Shown here: positions 62,659-64,000 of the stretch, in pieces
Position numbering within the stretch: the stretch's first letter is position 1
Layout of the letters: each line of letters begins with the position of its first letter
From: Tubulanus polymorphus
Lineage: Eukaryota; Animalia; Nemertea
NCBI RefSeq assembly: GCF_964204645.1
Contig: NC_134026.1
Coordinates: forward strand, 15,224,150 to 15,288,149
Reading direction: 5' to 3'
DNA: 64,000 nt
Notes under the pieces: model-generated
Seen by the model: only the letters and a program-made list of their open reading frames with translations
The model's database searches: none
What the model was told of the DNA's origin: nothing
Program-made: the position numbers and the translations under genes

Positions 62659-64000
62659 AATATTTATGTTGCATTATCAGGATCACAGGGGGTGTATCCT
62701 TGTACATAGTTTGGGCTCATATCTGCAAGTATTAATTTCGCAAAATTCTGGGGGGGGCCCCTGAGCTGGACGGACTCACTGTGGCCAACCGGTCTTCCCT
62801 GTGCTACAGTGCTCCATTCCGTGCTTGGGTAAGTGCTCTCTTTTTCCCTCTTACCTTGCGTTTGAGCGGTGATTTTTCTATCTACCTTTCCCACCATCCT
62901 TGTGCTAGGCTAGTCTAGCAAAAACCATAGGAAAGGGTTCAGTACTCGACGGAAATATTACAATTTTTGGAACTAAAATTTGTATTTCCGAGTAGTACTT
63001 ACCCTTTCCTATGGTGGGAATCCCGCCCACCTGCCCCGCATAGCTGTTTTTTTTGGTCTGCTATGACGTAAAAAGATGGCGGATTTCGCCGGTGGCTAAA
63101 TGCAATACCGCAGGGCCGGGTCGTATAGAAAAACCATTGGCGATAAATCCAAATTTAGAAAATATTGGCAAAAACCATAGGAAAGGGTAAGTACTACTCG
63201 GAAATACAAATTTTAGTTCCAAAAATTGTAATTTTACCCACTATTGCTAGCTATGCGAAAAACGTGCCTTGATGCACGTGGTCTACTTAAAGTTTTCCAA
63301 GAAACTATGTTCCAATCAGCTGCCGGTGACATTGATAGTGTTGCGCATGACCATGCTGTTGATACAGGGTTGGTAGCGGGCCTTAATCATTGAATTATCA
63401 AAAGGGAAATTAAGTTCATTATTATGGTCGAAGACGATATAGCCATCGTCGCTAGTAACAATCCTGCCATTCACCGAATAACACCCGTAGTATCTCTACT
63501 ACCAGGATATAGTCCCATAATTCTTAATCATGTAGAACTGATAAAAAAATGTCAGTAACGCATCAATTTGCCTGTATCCATGATCCTAGCTATGACTATC
63601 ATAGCCTCTTGAGATTCCCAAAATCGTGATGAATTATGGAAAGGTTAGAGGCGCATGATGGGCCTACCTGTCAGTGAATTGTCTATATCAGTTTTACCCG
63701 GCAATAAAGTGATATCCTCATCACTATCTTCACAGACGCTCACGCACTGATACAATCGTAAGAAGTTATATAAACTGCGTGGTTTTTGGTTTACACTGAC
63801 TGGGAGAGGATTGGTAGGGTTGTCTCTGCAGGGTTTGTCAGTCGCTAGCCCGGATTTGATAGAATCTTGAAAGCACTGCGAGTGAGGGATTTTCTTCATG
63901 GAAATTACCAGTAATGCCAACCGGTATCACATGTATCTTCACACACTACGCCATTCAAAGATGCTCTTGGAAAAACCCCGAGTTAGTACATGTAGCAGAC

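Larger units (their letters stand above)
57142..63232 (+). mobile_element. DIRS1-like tyrosine-recombinase retrotransposon, full length
   Basis: Inverted terminal repeats (57142-~57278 and ~63070-63232), an internal complementary region (ICR) at ~62919-63015, gag, RT-RNaseH-methyltransferase and YR ORFs; no TSD. Confidence 0.95.

Overview
Repeat-rich animal genomic DNA, probably from a marine invertebrate (inferred from the transposon repertoire). The window holds the 5' part of an SMC6 gene on the + strand: six short coding exons between 10153 and 56402, joined with matching splice phases, separated by introns of up to ~20 kb that are filled with transposons. Mobile elements include several hAT-type elements with non-canonical 6-bp or 5-bp target-site duplications (TSDs), two piggyBac transposase relics and a piggyBac MITE, LINE fragments, Harbinger- and Tc1/mariner-like MITEs, multiple Helentron-associated (HINE/DINE-like) repeats with 154-bp internal arrays, and a nearly intact DIRS1-like tyrosine-recombinase retrotransposon (57142-63232). 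The most unusual object is a 4,877-bp, very AT-rich element at 48386-53262. It has the ends of a Polinton/Maverick (5'-AG...CT-3', 6-bp TSD TTCATC, very long TIRs) but none of the Polinton core genes. Each TIR carries an intact zinc-finger ORF and a 24-bp minisatellite, and the ~1-kb core encodes two small membrane-anchored ORFs followed by a hairpin. All calls were made by eye from the sequence; no database searches were run.
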